Source: Tubulanus polymorphus (lineage: Eukaryota; Animalia; Nemertea). Taken from it: a stretch of 64,000 nucleotides of DNA. The translations under genes were made by a program, and so were the position numbers. Under the pieces are notes generated by a model that searched no databases, was not told the origin of the DNA, and was given only the letters and a program-made list of their open reading frames with translations. Below are positions 39,084 through 53,872 of this stretch, piece by piece. The stretch is taken from assembly GCF_964204645.1 (NCBI RefSeq), contig NC_134032.1, forward strand, positions 11,396,275 through 11,460,274, given 5' to 3'. Position 1 is the stretch's first letter. Every line of letters starts with the position of its first letter.

Positions 39084-40122
39084 TAGAAATCAAACGTGTT
39101 TGGGTCGACGTTATGAATGCGTTTCATGTGCTGTTTACGGTTATATTTCACATTAAAACATCTCGCACATCGGACATTTAAACTGTCGTTCATCGGTATG
39201 AACAAGTCAGGGCCGGCGGAAGGTATAAACTATTGGTACGGCCACCCCAAACCGTACCTAATAGGCAGAAGCGAGTAGCGCGCTCTGGTTCGTCGCAATT
39301 AATAACTGCGCGGAAAATTTTGAAAAATTTACTTATGATACACATCATGGAGCATTTCAGAATGCATTTTAATAGTCAATTTTGCCGGTTCGTTTCCACC
39401 AAGCTCCAATAGCGGTGTCCCGTGCACCGAAAATATTCGAGGTCAAAATTTGCTGGTTCTATAGCCACACACCAAGAAATTGTCATGGCCGCCATCGACA
39501 TTGTGGCGATTTGTTGGGGAGATACTTGAAGGTAGTTAAAATTAGAAGGTTGCTAAACTGGATTTAGAAATCTATAGACACAAAACCGGTTTTTTAATAT
39601 CGCGATGAATCAATGTACAAGATTGGGATATGCAAACTTGAAAATATCGTAAACAGGATTATCTTGAGCTGCTATATTATGGAATTACTACATGTTTATA
39701 ATATCAGAAATATACCAATTAAAACTTGTGAAACTATGAAACACACATTTACTATCAGTCGACGAGAGATAACTGTAAATTACTCAGACTACTGAATGAT
39801 ACCACCAATGACCAAAGTTATTTTCATGTGCGGTTTTAAGTTCGATTTCTGAGTAAAACGTTGCTCGCACATCGGACATTTAAACGGTTTTTCGCCGGTG
39901 TGAATTCGCTCGTGTTGTTTACGTAATGCGGGAATATTAACTGTGAAACGTTGCTCACACGTCGGACATATAAACGTATTTTGCCAGTACTTCCAGGGCC
40001 AATGTTACCCCCTTTACATCCTATTGCTGTTTTCAATCGACCTTGAGCATCGACTTATCCAGCGGACAGACGACTCAGTTCAACAGATGGTAATAATTCA
40101 AACGGCGCGTCGTATCTGACAC
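39084..40122 (-). pseudogene. Dead variable ZF exon of unit C (early TAA, ~610-bp insertion, internal deletion)
   Basis: Acceptor at 40122; GGA TAA in the leader. Insertion 39208-~39821 starts cagggccggcggaagg. Confidence 0.8.
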
Positions 40123-41259
40123 CTACAGAGTCATTAGAATCAATTTAAGCTACATCTTCACAATTCCGCCTCTGAATCCAGTGAGAATTGAATAATTGGT
40201 GAAAAAATTTAGGGAAATAGAGATTAGAAGAAGACAAACATCATCCTTATGAAAGACTGAAGGAACTAATTCATTCCTTAAGTTATGAATGATGGCGTTT
40301 CATGCGATTGAAATATTCCCAACGCTTCGAATGTTAAAATGGTTTTTCATTTTACATGAACTGTCAAAGACAAACACAGAGATAATTTTGGTTTTTCAAT
40401 CTTATTTATTACATAAATCTTACATCTAATACTCGCTTATTTAACGTATTATCAAATTGCAGCTCCTGAACTCCATGAAACGACAGGCAATTATTGCACA
40501 GTGCGCACATCTTCACCAAAAAAAAGATTTTTAAATGTTTTGCAGCCTCTTATTTTGAATCCAATACTGAAATACTAAAAATAATTCTCAAACTTTGCGG
40601 AAAAAAACTGCGGTGTTTCAGATCTATAAATTACAGTGAACCCCAGATAAACCGTCATCCCATTTACCGCCACCCCCGCCTGCCGCCAGGTTTTCTTAAT
40701 ATGCATTTTTATACATATACAACATAATAAAACACCCCCGATATACCGCCATACTCTCTATACCGCTAAAATCATTCTGCACCGATGTGGGCGGTATATC
40801 GGGGGGGGGGGGGGCTGACTGTACTCTTAAACCCTGTATATAATACATTTTATCAACTTCATAAGTTAACCCAATTATCTTTTCAACCTATAAATAATTC
40901 AAGTCTGTTTAAACTTAAACCTAACCTCAACCTAACATTCTACAAAACAAACTGCACGTAACTCAAACTCCTTTTGACATTCAATCGAGTTTTCAAATAT
41001 CTGATGCGTTCCGGTCGAGATCATGAATCCATTTGTTTCAAGCACTCATCGATTACAGTTTCATTACAGTCGGAAGAGTTTTTTGGTTTTTCACTGGTTT
41101 GTACCAACATGTTATAACCAAGCACGCGCCAAAAATTTAACTTTGATGATAACTAATGACGATGACATGATCGAATGTGTTTGGGTTGTTATGAATACGT
41201 TTCATGTGCTGTTAACCATTATATATCCGATTGAATTGATCGGACATTTAAACTGTCTT

Positions 41260-42488
41260 TCATTGGTGATGTACATATTTCATGTGCTTTTTACAGTTTG
41301 TTGCCTGCGAAAAATGTTTCTCGCATATCGGACATTTAAACGGTTTTTCGCCGGTGTGAATTCGCTCGTGTTGTTTCAAATAGGAACTAGTTTTCATTCG
41401 TTTATCGCAAAACTGACATTTAAATGGTCGTTCACCGGTATGAACACGTTTCATGTGAAGGTTACACTGTGATTGCACTGCGAAACATTTCTCACACGTC
41501 GGACATTTAAACGGTTTTTCGCCGGTGTGAATTCGCTCGTGCTGCTGCAAAGTAAAGAGAGTTTTCATTCGTTTATCGCAAAACTGACATTTAAACGGTC
41601 GTTCATCAGAATGAACCAGTTTCATGTGCCGTTTACACTCTGATTGCACTGCGAAACATTTCTCACACGTCGGGCATTTAAACGGTCGTTCATTGGTATG
41701 AACTAATTTCATGTGAAGGTTACAGTGTGATGCCTGCGAAAAATGTTTCTCGCATATTGAACATTTAAACGGTTTTTCGCCGGTGTGAATTCGCTCGTGT
41801 CGTTTCAAATCTAAACGAGTTTTCATTCGTTTATCGCAAAACTGACATTTAAATGGTCGTTCATCGGTATGAACCAATTTCATGTGAAGGTTACAGCTTG
41901 ATGACTGCGAAAAATGTTTCTCGCATATTGAACATTTAAACGGTTTTTTGCCGGTGTGAATTCGCTCGTGTGTTTTACGTGATGTGGGAAAACGAAACCA
42001 TTTATCGCAAAAATGGCATTTAAACGGTCGTTTAAACGGTCGTTTAACGGTATGAACCTGTTTCATGTGAATGTTACGGTTTGATGACTGCGAAAAATGT
42101 TTCTCGCATATTGAACATTTAAACGGTTTTTCGCCGGTGTGAATTCGCTCGTGTGTTTTACGTGATGCGGGAAAACGAAACCATTTATCGCAAAACTGAC
42201 ATTTGTACTTTTTACTATCGCCAGCCTTGAATTTCTCAGATGAAACATGGCTATTCAGGCAAACGTTATGAACAAGTTTCAAGTGCCAGTCACAGCTTGA
42301 TTTTACTGTGAAACGTTTCTCGCACGTCGGACATTTAAACGGTTTTTGGCTGGTACTTCCAGGGTCAATGTTACCCCCTTTACATCCTGTTGCTATTTTC
42401 AATCGACCTTGAGCATCGACCGTTCCAGCGGGCAGACGACTCAGTTCAACAGACGGCAGTAATTCATTCGGTACGACGTATCCGACAC
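41260..42488 (-). CDS. Variable terminal ZF exon, unit C, 12 fingers
   Basis: Acceptor at 42488; intact ORF ending HHQ*. Confidence 0.85.
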
Positions 42489-43426
42489 CTACAAAGAGTC
42501 ATTAGAATCAAATTTAAGCCTCATCTTCACAATTCCGCCTCTGAATCGATTGAGAATTGAATGTTAAAATGGTTTTTCATTTGCATGAACTGTCAAAGAC
42601 AAACACAGAGATAATTTTGGTTTTCAATCTATTTCTTGTTTATTTATTATTTTATTTCTATTCTTATTTATTTGATAAATCTAACATCTCATACTGGCTT
42701 TTGTAACGTACTATCAATTAATCATCTCCATAGAAAAATGATTTAAAAAAAGTTTCCCAGCCACTTATTTTGAATCTAATACTAAAATACTAAAATTACT
42801 CTCAAACTTTGCGGATAGAAAACAGCTGTGTTTCAGATCTAAAAAATTACTCTTAAAAACTCAATCCTAACTTCAAAAAATTCTACAAAACAAACCTCAC
42901 GTAACTAAAACACCTTCTGACATTCAATCGACTTTTCAAAAATCTGATGCGTTCCGGTCGAGATCATGAATCCATTTGAACTACAGTCAACCCCCGATAT
43001 ACCGACACCCCGCCTACCGCCAGGTTTTCCCAATGTTCATCTCTATACAAATTCATAGTAAAACACCCTTACCGCCGAAATCGTTCTGCACCGATTTGGG
43101 CGGTATGTCGGGGGTCGACTGTAGCTTCAAGCATTCTTCTGTTACAGTTTCCTTACAGTCGGAACTGTTTTGGTTTTTCACTGGTTTGTATCAGCACGCG
43201 TTTATCAGATCACATGCTGATTTTAGTAAATTAGATTTTTTTCAATGCTCAGTAAATTAGATTTTAGTAAATTTTAGTAAGTTTTTTTTTTCATACATGA
43301 AAAACTCTTGAGGCGAATTTTTAGTTGTAGTCGAACAGCGAGATCAAATTGAAATAAATTTTCAATGATTTCAAATTCAAAATCAAAATCAAGTGACAAC
43401 TTTAAAACAATGGCCTTGAATCGAAG

Positions 43427-43712
43427 TTAGATCCTATAATAACCGACTTGTCGCGCATGCGCATTGACTGTCTGGACTTAAAGTGTAATCGTAATGTTTT
43501 CACACAGCGCTAGCGTTGCTAGCTTCCGGAACCACAGATTTTATAACTACATGACGTAGCCTTAGCCTAAGCTACCTTATAGAAATGAACCCTAAACCCT
43601 ACCCTACCGCCAACCCTAAATCATGTTGATGATAATCCTTCTGATCATCATATCTAGTTTCATCGGTTGGAATATCTGCCATTTTGTGTACGACTCGGTT
43701 ATAGGATCTAAC
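43427..43712. mobile_element. MITE (copy at 61190-61482)
   Basis: TIRs gttagatcctataa...ccga / tcggttataggatctaac. Confidence 0.7.
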
Positions 43713-44265
43713 ATTTACCGTCTAATATTCATCCAATATTTTTCAAAAATTGAAACGGAATTTAACTAGAATGTCGCTGAAGACGACTGATGCCCCCACA
43801 TCAGATGAAACGCCTGAGAGTAAAGTACACCTTGAGGATATCCGTATATTGAATTGTATATGAAGCCGCAAAATAGAGTAAAGTAACTCAATAGGAATAG
43901 GCGAATAGTGAACGAATAACTGATCAGCAAAAATAGAGTTAAGTAACTCAACAGGAATAGTTTGAATAAGGAAATACTCCCTGAGTTAATGTACAGAGCA
44001 TTCGTTGTTTGACAATTCTGGAAATATGCAACCATTAAAATTATTGAAGGCATATCATATAGTCACTAACATTAATGCTTGCCTGTAAACTTGATCAGGA
44101 CTTATATCAGTTACCCACTTCTTCGACCTGTGACATTGAACTTTGACCTACACTACTCAAATTGAATCAGTTAGGCCTACTTATAGTCACATGATTAATT
44201 CATTAATTATTTTACATAGTAATCGTAAACATTCAATGAATTAGAGCCCGGAAATGAAAATTCAA

Positions 44266-46538
44266 CTAGGGGTCCAGGGACACCATGCCCATTTGGGAAG
44301 TGGTTCCAAATGCTCAACAATCTAACAATTTCAATATTCAACGCCCCCTGGTGACCATATACAGAATCCAATGCCCTTGAAACTCACCACAATCATAGAA
44401 CATGTCAGCAGCTACGATTTTGTAATTGATTGTGATAACAAAATATGCCTCGTTACCACTTTAATATTGAAATACTAAGTTATTCTACTATTCAACGCCC
44501 CCTGGTGACCATATTCAAAACCCAATGACCTTGAAACTCACCACAATCATAGAGCATGAACTATAACTTTGTAATTGATCATGGTAGCAAAATATGCCTA
44601 GGTACCAATATAATAAGTGAATACTAAGTTATTCTACTATTCAACACCCCCTGGTGACCATATAGAAAAACTAATGGCCTTAAAACTTGCCATAATCATA
44701 GATGACGTCATGAGCTACAACTTTGCAATTGACTGTGGTTACAAAATATGCATTGATACGAATATAATATAGAAATACTAAGATATTGCATTATTCAACG
44801 CCCCCTGGTGGCCATATACAAAAACCAATGACCTTGAAACTCACCACAATCATAGAACACGTTATGAGCTACAACTTTCTAAATGATTGTGGTAACAAAA
44901 TACGCTTAGGTATCAATATAATGTGGAAAAACTTTTTCCCACTTACGAATAAGTACTGCTGACACCAAGATGGCCGCCAATTGCGTCATAATTGGCTGAT
45001 GAAAAATACCTGTCTCAGGTATAAAACATCCCTATCCAAAGAATACCCATCACAAATTGCAATGAGAAATGATAAACCAGTAAGAAGCTACAGGACTCAG
45101 AATTTGGGCCAAAATTTACATTTTTGGGGACTAAAAAAGGTCAAAGGACGGCCATCTTGAGTCCGATCGACCCAATTTTTGTTATGCTGATGGGCCCTGG
45201 GGGAATTCACATATATCCGAAAGATAAAGGTAATTGATCAAAGCTTCTTCAAAATTTCCCTCAAAAAGTTAAAAAATGTGTATCTAGGGGTCCAGGGACA
45301 CCATGCCCACTTGGGAAGTGGTTTCAAATGCTCAAAAATCTAACAATTTCAACATTCAACGTCCCCTGGTGACCATTTACAAAAACCAATGACCTTGAAA
45401 CTCGTCACAATCATAGAACATGTCAGCAGCTACGATTTTGTAATTGATTGTGATAACAAAATATGCCTCGTTACCAATTTGATATGGAAATACTAAGTCA
45501 TTCTACTATTCAACGCCCCCTGGTGACCATATTCAAAACCCAATGACCTCAAAACTCACCACAATCATAGAACATGTCATGAACTACAACTTTGCAATTG
45601 ATCATGGTAACAAAATATGCCTAGGTACCAATATAATAAGGAAATACTAAGTTATTCTACTATTCAACGCCCCCTGGTGACCATAAAGAAAAACTTATGT
45701 CCTTAAAACTCGAAACAATCATACATGATGCCATGAGCTACAACTTTCCAATTGATTGTGGTTACAAAATATGCATAGGTACGAATATAATAAAGAAATG
45801 CTGAGATATTGTATTATTCAACGCCCCCTGATGGCCATATACGAAATCCAATTACCTTGAAACTCACCACAATCATAGAACACGTTATGAGCTACAACTT
45901 TCTTATTAATTGTGGTAGCAAAATATGCTTAGGTATCAATATAATGTGGAAAAACTTTTTCCCACTTACGAATGAGTACTGGTGACACCAAGATGGCCGC
46001 CAATTGCGTCATAATTGGCTGATGAAAAATACCTGTCTCAGGTATAAAACATCCCTTTCCAAAGAGTACCCATCACAAATTGCAATGAGAAATGGTAAAC
46101 CAGTAGGAAGCTACAGGACTCGTAATTCGGGCCAAAATTAACATTTTTGGGCACTAAAAAGGTCATAGGACGGCCATCTTAAGTCCGATCGACCCAATTT
46201 TTGTTATGCTGATGGGCCCTGGGGGGATTCATATATATCCGAAAGATCAAGGTAATTGATCAAAGCGTCAAATTTCCCTCAATAAGTTCAAAAATGTGTA
46301 AAAAGTGCTGATTTTGGCGAACAACAATGGCTGCCAGTCGGCCATCTTGATTCTGATAGGGCCAGTTTTTGGGCTGAAGATATGTCTAGGGTAGATACAT
46401 GTGTAACCCAAATATCAAGACATTACCTTGAAGCGTCTTCAAAACTTCCCAAAATAACTGGATTCCGTCTACGGACGGACGAACGACGGACGAAAAGTGA
46501 ACGCAATAGCCCGCTGGGACTAAGGTCCCAAGTGGGCT
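44266..46538 (-). mobile_element. Helentron-type non-autonomous element (HINE/DINE-1-like) with internal ~155-bp repeats and a 1018-bp duplication
   Basis: Absent at the paralogous site 62043. Inserted in an A/T run without TSD. Hairpin tagcccgctgggac-taag-gtcccaagtgggcta, GTCC microsatellite, sub-terminal IR gcccatttggga, CTAG end. Confidence 0.75.
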
Positions 46539-47128
46539 AAAAACAACTTCTGTTGACCTTGACCTTTGACCTACAGGACCCAACATCTAATCAGTTATCT
46601 ATTTGCTCTAGGACAATCCATCAATTTAATTTCACCAAGTTATCTTAAACCATTTATGAGTTATAGCCCGAAAATGAAAATAGCAAAATAACTTCTGGTG
46701 ACCTTGACCTTAGACCTACAGGACCCGATATGTAAGCAGTCACTGAAGGTCTCTAGGGTAACCCATCCATAAAATTTCAGCAAGTTATCTTAAATCGTTC
46801 ATGAGTTAGAGCCCTGAAATTAGACGGACTGATGACGAAATGAATATAGTATGCCCCTCTCCCACAACGTGTTGTGGGGGCAAATTTATTTTTCAGCTTT
46901 CAAAAACCCCAGAAATTCTTTATTCAATTAACAAGGGAAAACTGAACGGATGGCAATAAATGCGAGACTTAGTTTTACGAATGCGCAAAATGAGGTTTTT
47001 AAAACTGGAGCCTAAATAAATCGATAATTGAATAAACAAAATGGCTGTTCAAACCAGCATTTTGAATGCGCAAAATGTAGTTTTTAAGACTCGTCAAATG
47101 AACAGATGAAATCAGTGTTAACGCCTAC

Positions 47129-48538
47129 CTGACTGATCAAAATCTCCACTTGTTCCCGGTTGTCGATCATGTTGTTGTTGTTGTTGTACAATTGGTTGAG
47201 TTGAATAATCTTCATCATCGTCGCTTCCTGACGATATTTCAACCGGTTCTATTTTCGTAAGTTTATTTTTAACACCTTCTCCATAACCTTGGTGATGATG
47301 CGATTGTTGGAACGGAAGCGTATTGATATCAGCAGTATTCGTATCAGTTAATTGTTCACTGTATTTTAGTTCCACTTTTTCGGGATTGACGACGCCACTT
47401 AAAAGTTCAAATTGTTCAAACGACGGAGCTGAATTTACGATCGATTCTAATTGTTCTAACCCGTTATTGCAGCTGGAGACCGCCGGGGGCGGGGGTGTGG
47501 ATAATCCACTTTCACTCGGCTGTTCCACGTAAGTTTCATTTGTCGATGTCGCATCAACGTTTAATTGTTCATTGTATTTTAGTTCGATGTTTTCGCCAAC
47601 AGTGGCGCTGCTAGATATTTCTAATTGTTCGGACGTCGGAGCGGAATTTACGATCGATTCTAATCGTTCTAAGGTGTTATCGCAGCTGGAGACTGCCAGG
47701 GGCAGGGGTGTCCGTAATCCACTTTCACTCGGCAGTTCCACGTAAATTTCATTTTCATTTGCTGACGACACGTTGTCCTTTGAATTGTCAGGAATCGTAG
47801 AATCATCCGATTCCTCAGCAGCATTTTTAATACTTTCTAAAGTTGATTCGATTTCAGCGCTCGATAAAATTTCACAACCATTTGAATCTAGAACTGTGAA
47901 ATTGACGGTTTCCACCGATGCTGAGCTGACCGGAGCTGTTGCTATGGACGACACAACATTCTCAGATTCATTCAATTGTTGCTGCGATGCAACATTAGTT
48001 ACCAATGGTTTCAAGCCGATTCCTGATTGTAACGATATTATCGTTGACTCACCACCAGGTGGAGCTGGTTTAACAGGTGTTATTTGTTTAATAGGCTGGG
48101 TTGGCGTTTTCTGTTGTTGAAACTGATTAAGATTACGATCACTACCAGCCGGTGATATATGACGGACTCCAGATTGGTTTCCCATATTCATAGGAGGAAT
48201 GTCGATAGCCATTAAAACATGACGAGGAGGTAAACCTCGTCCTCTTCCTCTTCCGCGACCTCCTCGATTGAGCGTCATTCTCTGTTGAGTTGGTAACAGA
48301 CCGATTGGTTGCTGCCCGACAGCCGTCATTGTTTGTGATTGAACTCGTTGCTGCGGTAACGTCCCCTGTACAGCTGCACCTGTTCTGCTACTTTGCACAG
48401 CTTTTAAAACATTCTGAGGGACGGTTCTAGTTCTTTGAACTTCAAATCGTCTTTTTTGTCCGGTTTTTGATTGATTCGTGCCGATGTACATAACATCTCC
48501 ATCTCCGGACATTTGATTCATTTGTCCTCCCGTCTGAC
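47129..48538 (-). CDS. Unit C constant exon 3
   Basis: Acceptor tttttgtattcag|GT and donor TCAG|gtaggc; 1410 nt, phase 1-1. Confidence 0.8.
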
Positions 48539-48695
48539 CTGAATACAAAAAGTATATATTTACAGAGAATAAACCAATATTTAGAAAATTTTAACCCTTT
48601 ACTATTCCGAAACCGGCTTAGTGAGTTTGATTAGTTAATATAAGATTTAATCAATTCAATCGCTGAATTTGAGGGTTGAGATTTTAAAAAGAAAC

Positions 48696-48843
48696 CTTTA
48701 GTTTGGCGTCGAGACATCCATCTAAACCAGGTATTATCATCAGCATCAATAACTAATTCATCTAAGCAATCCATGTGTCGACGCAGACAACTTTTAAATG
48801 CATCCTCGCGTACGTGCACCTCGACACCTTCCAACAGCAACAT
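48696..48843 (-). CDS. Unit C constant exon 2 coding part (acceptor mutated cag>ccg)
   Basis: Paralog of 33850-33997; donor AAAG|gtttct. Confidence 0.65.
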
Positions 48844-51469
48844 TTTAACGTCAGTTCTTATACTAAACTTCAACGGAAAATAGAAAACATTTTTGAGTTC
48901 GGTGGTCTTACTGCAGTTAAGGTCACCTTTCTACAGTGTGGTGCTAGTATCTGGATCAGCACCCGCCCCGAGTTTAACGGGCGCCTGGTGTTTTTTAAAT
49001 ATTTTATATATAAAATATAAACGTATCTAAATCAAAGGTCGAGAAATCACAAGGTGCCCATGGGCACTGTTAGATTCAGCGCAGAAGTTGGTGAATTGAA
49101 GGAGTTAATCATATCCCTCATAATAGACCATACATTGGTTTTAGTAAGGCGTTCTATCAGCTTTTACTTGACGAGAAGGAAATGCATGTTATAAAAGTAA
49201 AAGGTAATTAGTTTTTAAGTGACAAACAGTTGTTTATACAAGGAAGAGGAGGTAAATACGTAACACATTTTAAGTAGGCCTAATAGATTTTGAAATGAAA
49301 TACATATAATCAAAATAAATTATAAGCCTCCTAATAAATCATAAGGTTTTGTTAAATCAAAAGCATCTCGGATGTTATATTTATATTTTTGTTGCTGAAG
49401 CTGAAATCAAATCTAGCTGTATCGGGAGATGAGAAAGTATTCTAAGTTCCATACAGGATTTTCAAGATTCAAAGCCATGACCTAAGGCAAAAAATTGATA
49501 CCTTGACCCTCCATTCTTTGCCGATCTTAATAGTTGACTCAGTCGTCCACCTATCTATCCCTGTACATTACTTATTTAAACCATGATCAATGATGTATCA
49601 AAAACGTTTTATTTGACGCATAATCTATGATACGGTAATAATTTCAAGTACTAATAAATATAAAGATATATTCTTTATTTTACTAGAAGTACTAAAGACA
49701 TAAAGACACAGGAGGGTATTATTTGAAATATCTTTTATTGATATTGTTTCATAAATTCATATTCATATGGAAATTGAAGTCTCAGAAATAATTTGGAACC
49801 TTTATTATCTTTTAATTTATTCATATATTCATCATGAATTCAGTAGGTATAGTTTGATTTTCTTCCAGAGATTTTTGCATAGATTTTTTATCTTCGTTAT
49901 AAAATAACACTAAAAACCCATATTGTTATTCCAAAATGTCTACCCGACAACATAGCTAGATAACATAATTCTGATTCTCTAATTTTCGAATCATGTAAAT
50001 TTGCACAATCATCTATAATACAGTGTTTTCAATAAGAGCCAGGTCCCAGGTCCCAGACCTGTCTGTCATTTGTAAAGGACCCGCCTGTTTTTTCAAACCA
50101 GCTTTCGTTTCAGGGACAGTGACATATTATGGGACCCTCCTGTTTTTCAAAGGGACCTGGCTTGTTAATTTCTTATTGAAAACACTGTAATATATAATGT
50201 ATCAGATCCTTTATAAATATCTAGTGCAATATACAATATACAATATACATATACATATATATGCACACACATACATATGCTGTTGAAGCCTCAGTATAAT
50301 AGCTACCAAATTTCAGGACGCCTTGTATGAAATCGCTACAAAGATGTTTCTAACATAAATTTACCTCTCAAACTGAAAAAGCTGAATTATATCACGAAAT
50401 GCGAGTGTTGACTAAATCCTGTGCATGCACGCGTGTATATGAAACTTCCAGTTATTCACTCAACACCATCGTCCATTGTCATGATGGTAACATATGGTTC
50501 GATCCTTAATCATTCTAACAATAACTCGATAATTACGTGTAAGCGTGAGTCAGATGTTTTCATGTACAGGCAATATCACAGAGAAATTATCAGGCTGCTG
50601 TTGCTGTTATTCTATTCGATAACTTTGTGAATTTTTCAGCTTTTGCTAACTGTTTATCATACAATTTCATATCTAGTTTATTTCCTTTATGTCTATTTTG
50701 TAATTCTGATAATGTTTGAATATTTTTCTAATTACATATTGTTTTTATTTCAGTTTCTTCTTTTATTGATGATAACGGAATAACTTGATCCAACTCCCAA
50801 TATTCTCCACGATTCTCAAATTTCAAGTTATCATCGAACTGATATTCATGCTTTAAAAAATTCTATTGCGCATCCTAAATATTTCGAAAATAGAGAATGT
50901 TTTGTGCGTTTGAAACCCTCGATCATCAAAATCGGTGAAGGATTTCGTGTCGAACTCGAAAACGTTTTAAATTTCGAAATCGGCAAAAACTGGCGTTATA
51001 GCATTTTCGACCCAGGCGATTTTGGGCCCTAATTTCACATTCACGAACTATTCATTGGAAGTTAACGGGATTAGTTTGGTTAGAAGCAGGAAGCTATAAG
51101 AAGCTTTCATAATCTATCATGCCTGGATGGATTATCGAAATTGAATGAGAAATAACGAGGTAGTAAGCGACTGAAGTTGAGTAGTGTGTGAACGTCGTAA
51201 GCCCTCTTGTTATTTTATAGGCATTGGATTAACAGATTATCGTTTTTACGATTACCTACAACTCTGATACGAACCCCTGTGTTTTATATGGCCTTACCAG
51301 TCCATGAACACTTCAACTGCAGTCGCTCGGACTAGGCCTAAATAAGATTAATTGTCAATTGAATTGAATTAATGCCGAAATGAAATTGGCAAAATATCGT
51401 ATCGTTAATTCTCCTTAAAGGAGAATATCAGGGAAATCTCACTCTGCATCGTCAATAATACCGACTTAC

Positions 51470-51630
51470 CGGTTACGAGTTATAGTCATCAACTCACAAG
51501 CTTAATTAAGCGTGAAAACGGCGTTGAACCGAGACAGTCCAATTCGTTTTTCCACCCTTTCTCAGTTCTGTACGGCACCAGTCTGCAGATGGCGCCAACG
51601 TACGGTAGAGCATAGTCAATTCAACTCAAA
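51470..51630 (-). promoter_or_regulatory. Unit C putative non-coding exon 1 / TSS region
   Basis: Donor CG|gtaagt at 51470; near-identical to unit B. Confidence 0.55.
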
Positions 51631-53872
51631 TGCCCTTTATTTCAATTTCAATTTCGATATTTATGGTACGATAACCACACTCAAACGTGGTGAACAGATC
51701 AATAAGATGAAAACCCACTATGTACAAATTAAAGCAATTTTAAAATCGAGAATTTATTTATTCAAATAATCTAATATATTAATTACACGACGTTTTGATC
51801 TCACCCTAGAGATCACCGACGAACTAAACACAGGGGTGTAGCCCTGTTTTTCTCGGCGTTTTTCTGTATATATATACAGATGAGAACCTGTATATCCTCT
51901 GTATATATACAGAGGAGAACAGGTTAATTGAGTAGATTAGTGAGTAAGTAATAAGTGTTTGGCAAGGCATGAAGTAATATACTTAGAAAGCGCTTGGACT
52001 GGACTGCTAGACTGCAAGAGGTACATCAAATTTAGAAATCAAACGTGTTTGGCTGAAAATCATGAATGTTTCATGTTTTTTTTGCAATTTCCTTTCTGAG
52101 TGAAGTGTTTCTCGCATATCGCACATTTAAACAGTTTTGCTTCAAATGGTCGTGAGTTTTCATCCGTTTTTCACAAAACTGACATTTAAACGGTCGTTCT
52201 TCGGCATGAAAACGTTTCTCATGCAATGAATCTGATATCCGATTAAAACATTTCTCGCACGTCGGACATTTACATGATGCATGAATAGATATGAACGCAC
52301 GTATCAAACAGGTTATAATTAGCGAGACTCAAAACTGTCAACATATGTAATTAAAATCTGTACTGTCTTTCAATCAGTTGAAGCCGTTCAGTTTTTGTGA
52401 TTTGATTGATGTTTTTGCATTTTTTGTCTTTGTTTACGTGAACTGGGGAAGCGAAACTTCCAATTTTTTTGTACTTCGATTTCAACGAAATCATTCTGTA
52501 ATTCCGACCGCCGATGATCACACAACTATATCTCTACTTCGACCATTTCCGATTTCAAAACATTACACTCCTTGCTTTCCTCCCGGCAGGTTCAGTGCGC
52601 TTGTACGGGAAACCAAATCTAAACGATTCAAACCCATTCTACCAATAAAGAAAAAGAAACAGGGACGGTACCTGTTTTAAGACCAATAAAACCCGAATTT
52701 GATAATGATTCTGTTCTATATGAATGACCCTACACTACTGGGCTCCGCTCAATTCGGATCAAATTAACTCGGATCAGTTCAGTTCGTTGAAATATTTTTG
52801 CCAAATTGGTGACACTTTATATGAGATACAGTGTTAATAACATTCAACTCAGATATCATTGAGGTCGGAACAAATTTTTACGTCCATCATGCTCTAATCA
52901 TCTTAGTGGAGGCTTGCTGAAAAAGCGCATCTATATTAGATACCAATTTTGTTGATAAGTATACAAGTATTACTGCGATAAAGGCATTTTACTCGAGTGC
53001 CCGTCCTCCACCCCTAGCCTTAGAAAATTCTTCATGAAGATAAAAGGCTAACGCGGCTTCATACCGGTTATTACAGAATCTACAACAGAATTGAAACATC
53101 AAGAATCACCTAAATTTGGTATAAACCTATACAGTCGTACAAAATTCCCAACTCCACATTACTGAAAGAACTGAACTAAAATTCATAATCGTTTTTTTAA
53201 TTCAAATTAATGCTGGAATATCTGTTCTGGTCGGAATTATGAAAACTTTTCACGCACAGATGGCACCACTAGTGCTACCCTGTTGCACGTTAACTCTTTC
53301 ATATCGGGTTGCTACATTAAATCGACCTTGAGCAGTAATCGTCCCGTTGGACAGCTGACTAATGGCAACTTGAATAGAGAACCTGCAACATGGATAGCGA
53401 TATTCTGAGGATTCAGATTTTATCACTTTTCATGAATCATTTTCAATGAAATTCTTTCATTTTCAAAGACGATGTTTGTCCAAACTGATTCCAAAAGAAG
53501 CTGAACACAAGCCTAAATGCGCAGCTAATGACATCACCTACGATATAATGTCATTATTAGCCAATCAGAAATCCCGTTTTATATTCGCCAGGCTTTCTCC
53601 GTTATCCGTGAAATTTTGCAATCATAATAATAATCAGCGCGACTATACAACAGGCAATCTGGATTAGTGCCGCATGTACTTGCGCACCCGGTCTAGCTAG
53701 TGTCTAGTCTGGCAGGGCTTCGCGCCGTGGCTGAGTTCAGCGATGCCATCAGGTTCGAATCCCTACTGAGGGACGATGGTGTTGAGTATGATATGCAGGG
53801 TAAAAAAAAACCTTTACTGAAAAATCAAATCTGATGATAACAATGATGATCCGTTTTAACTAACATCAAATT

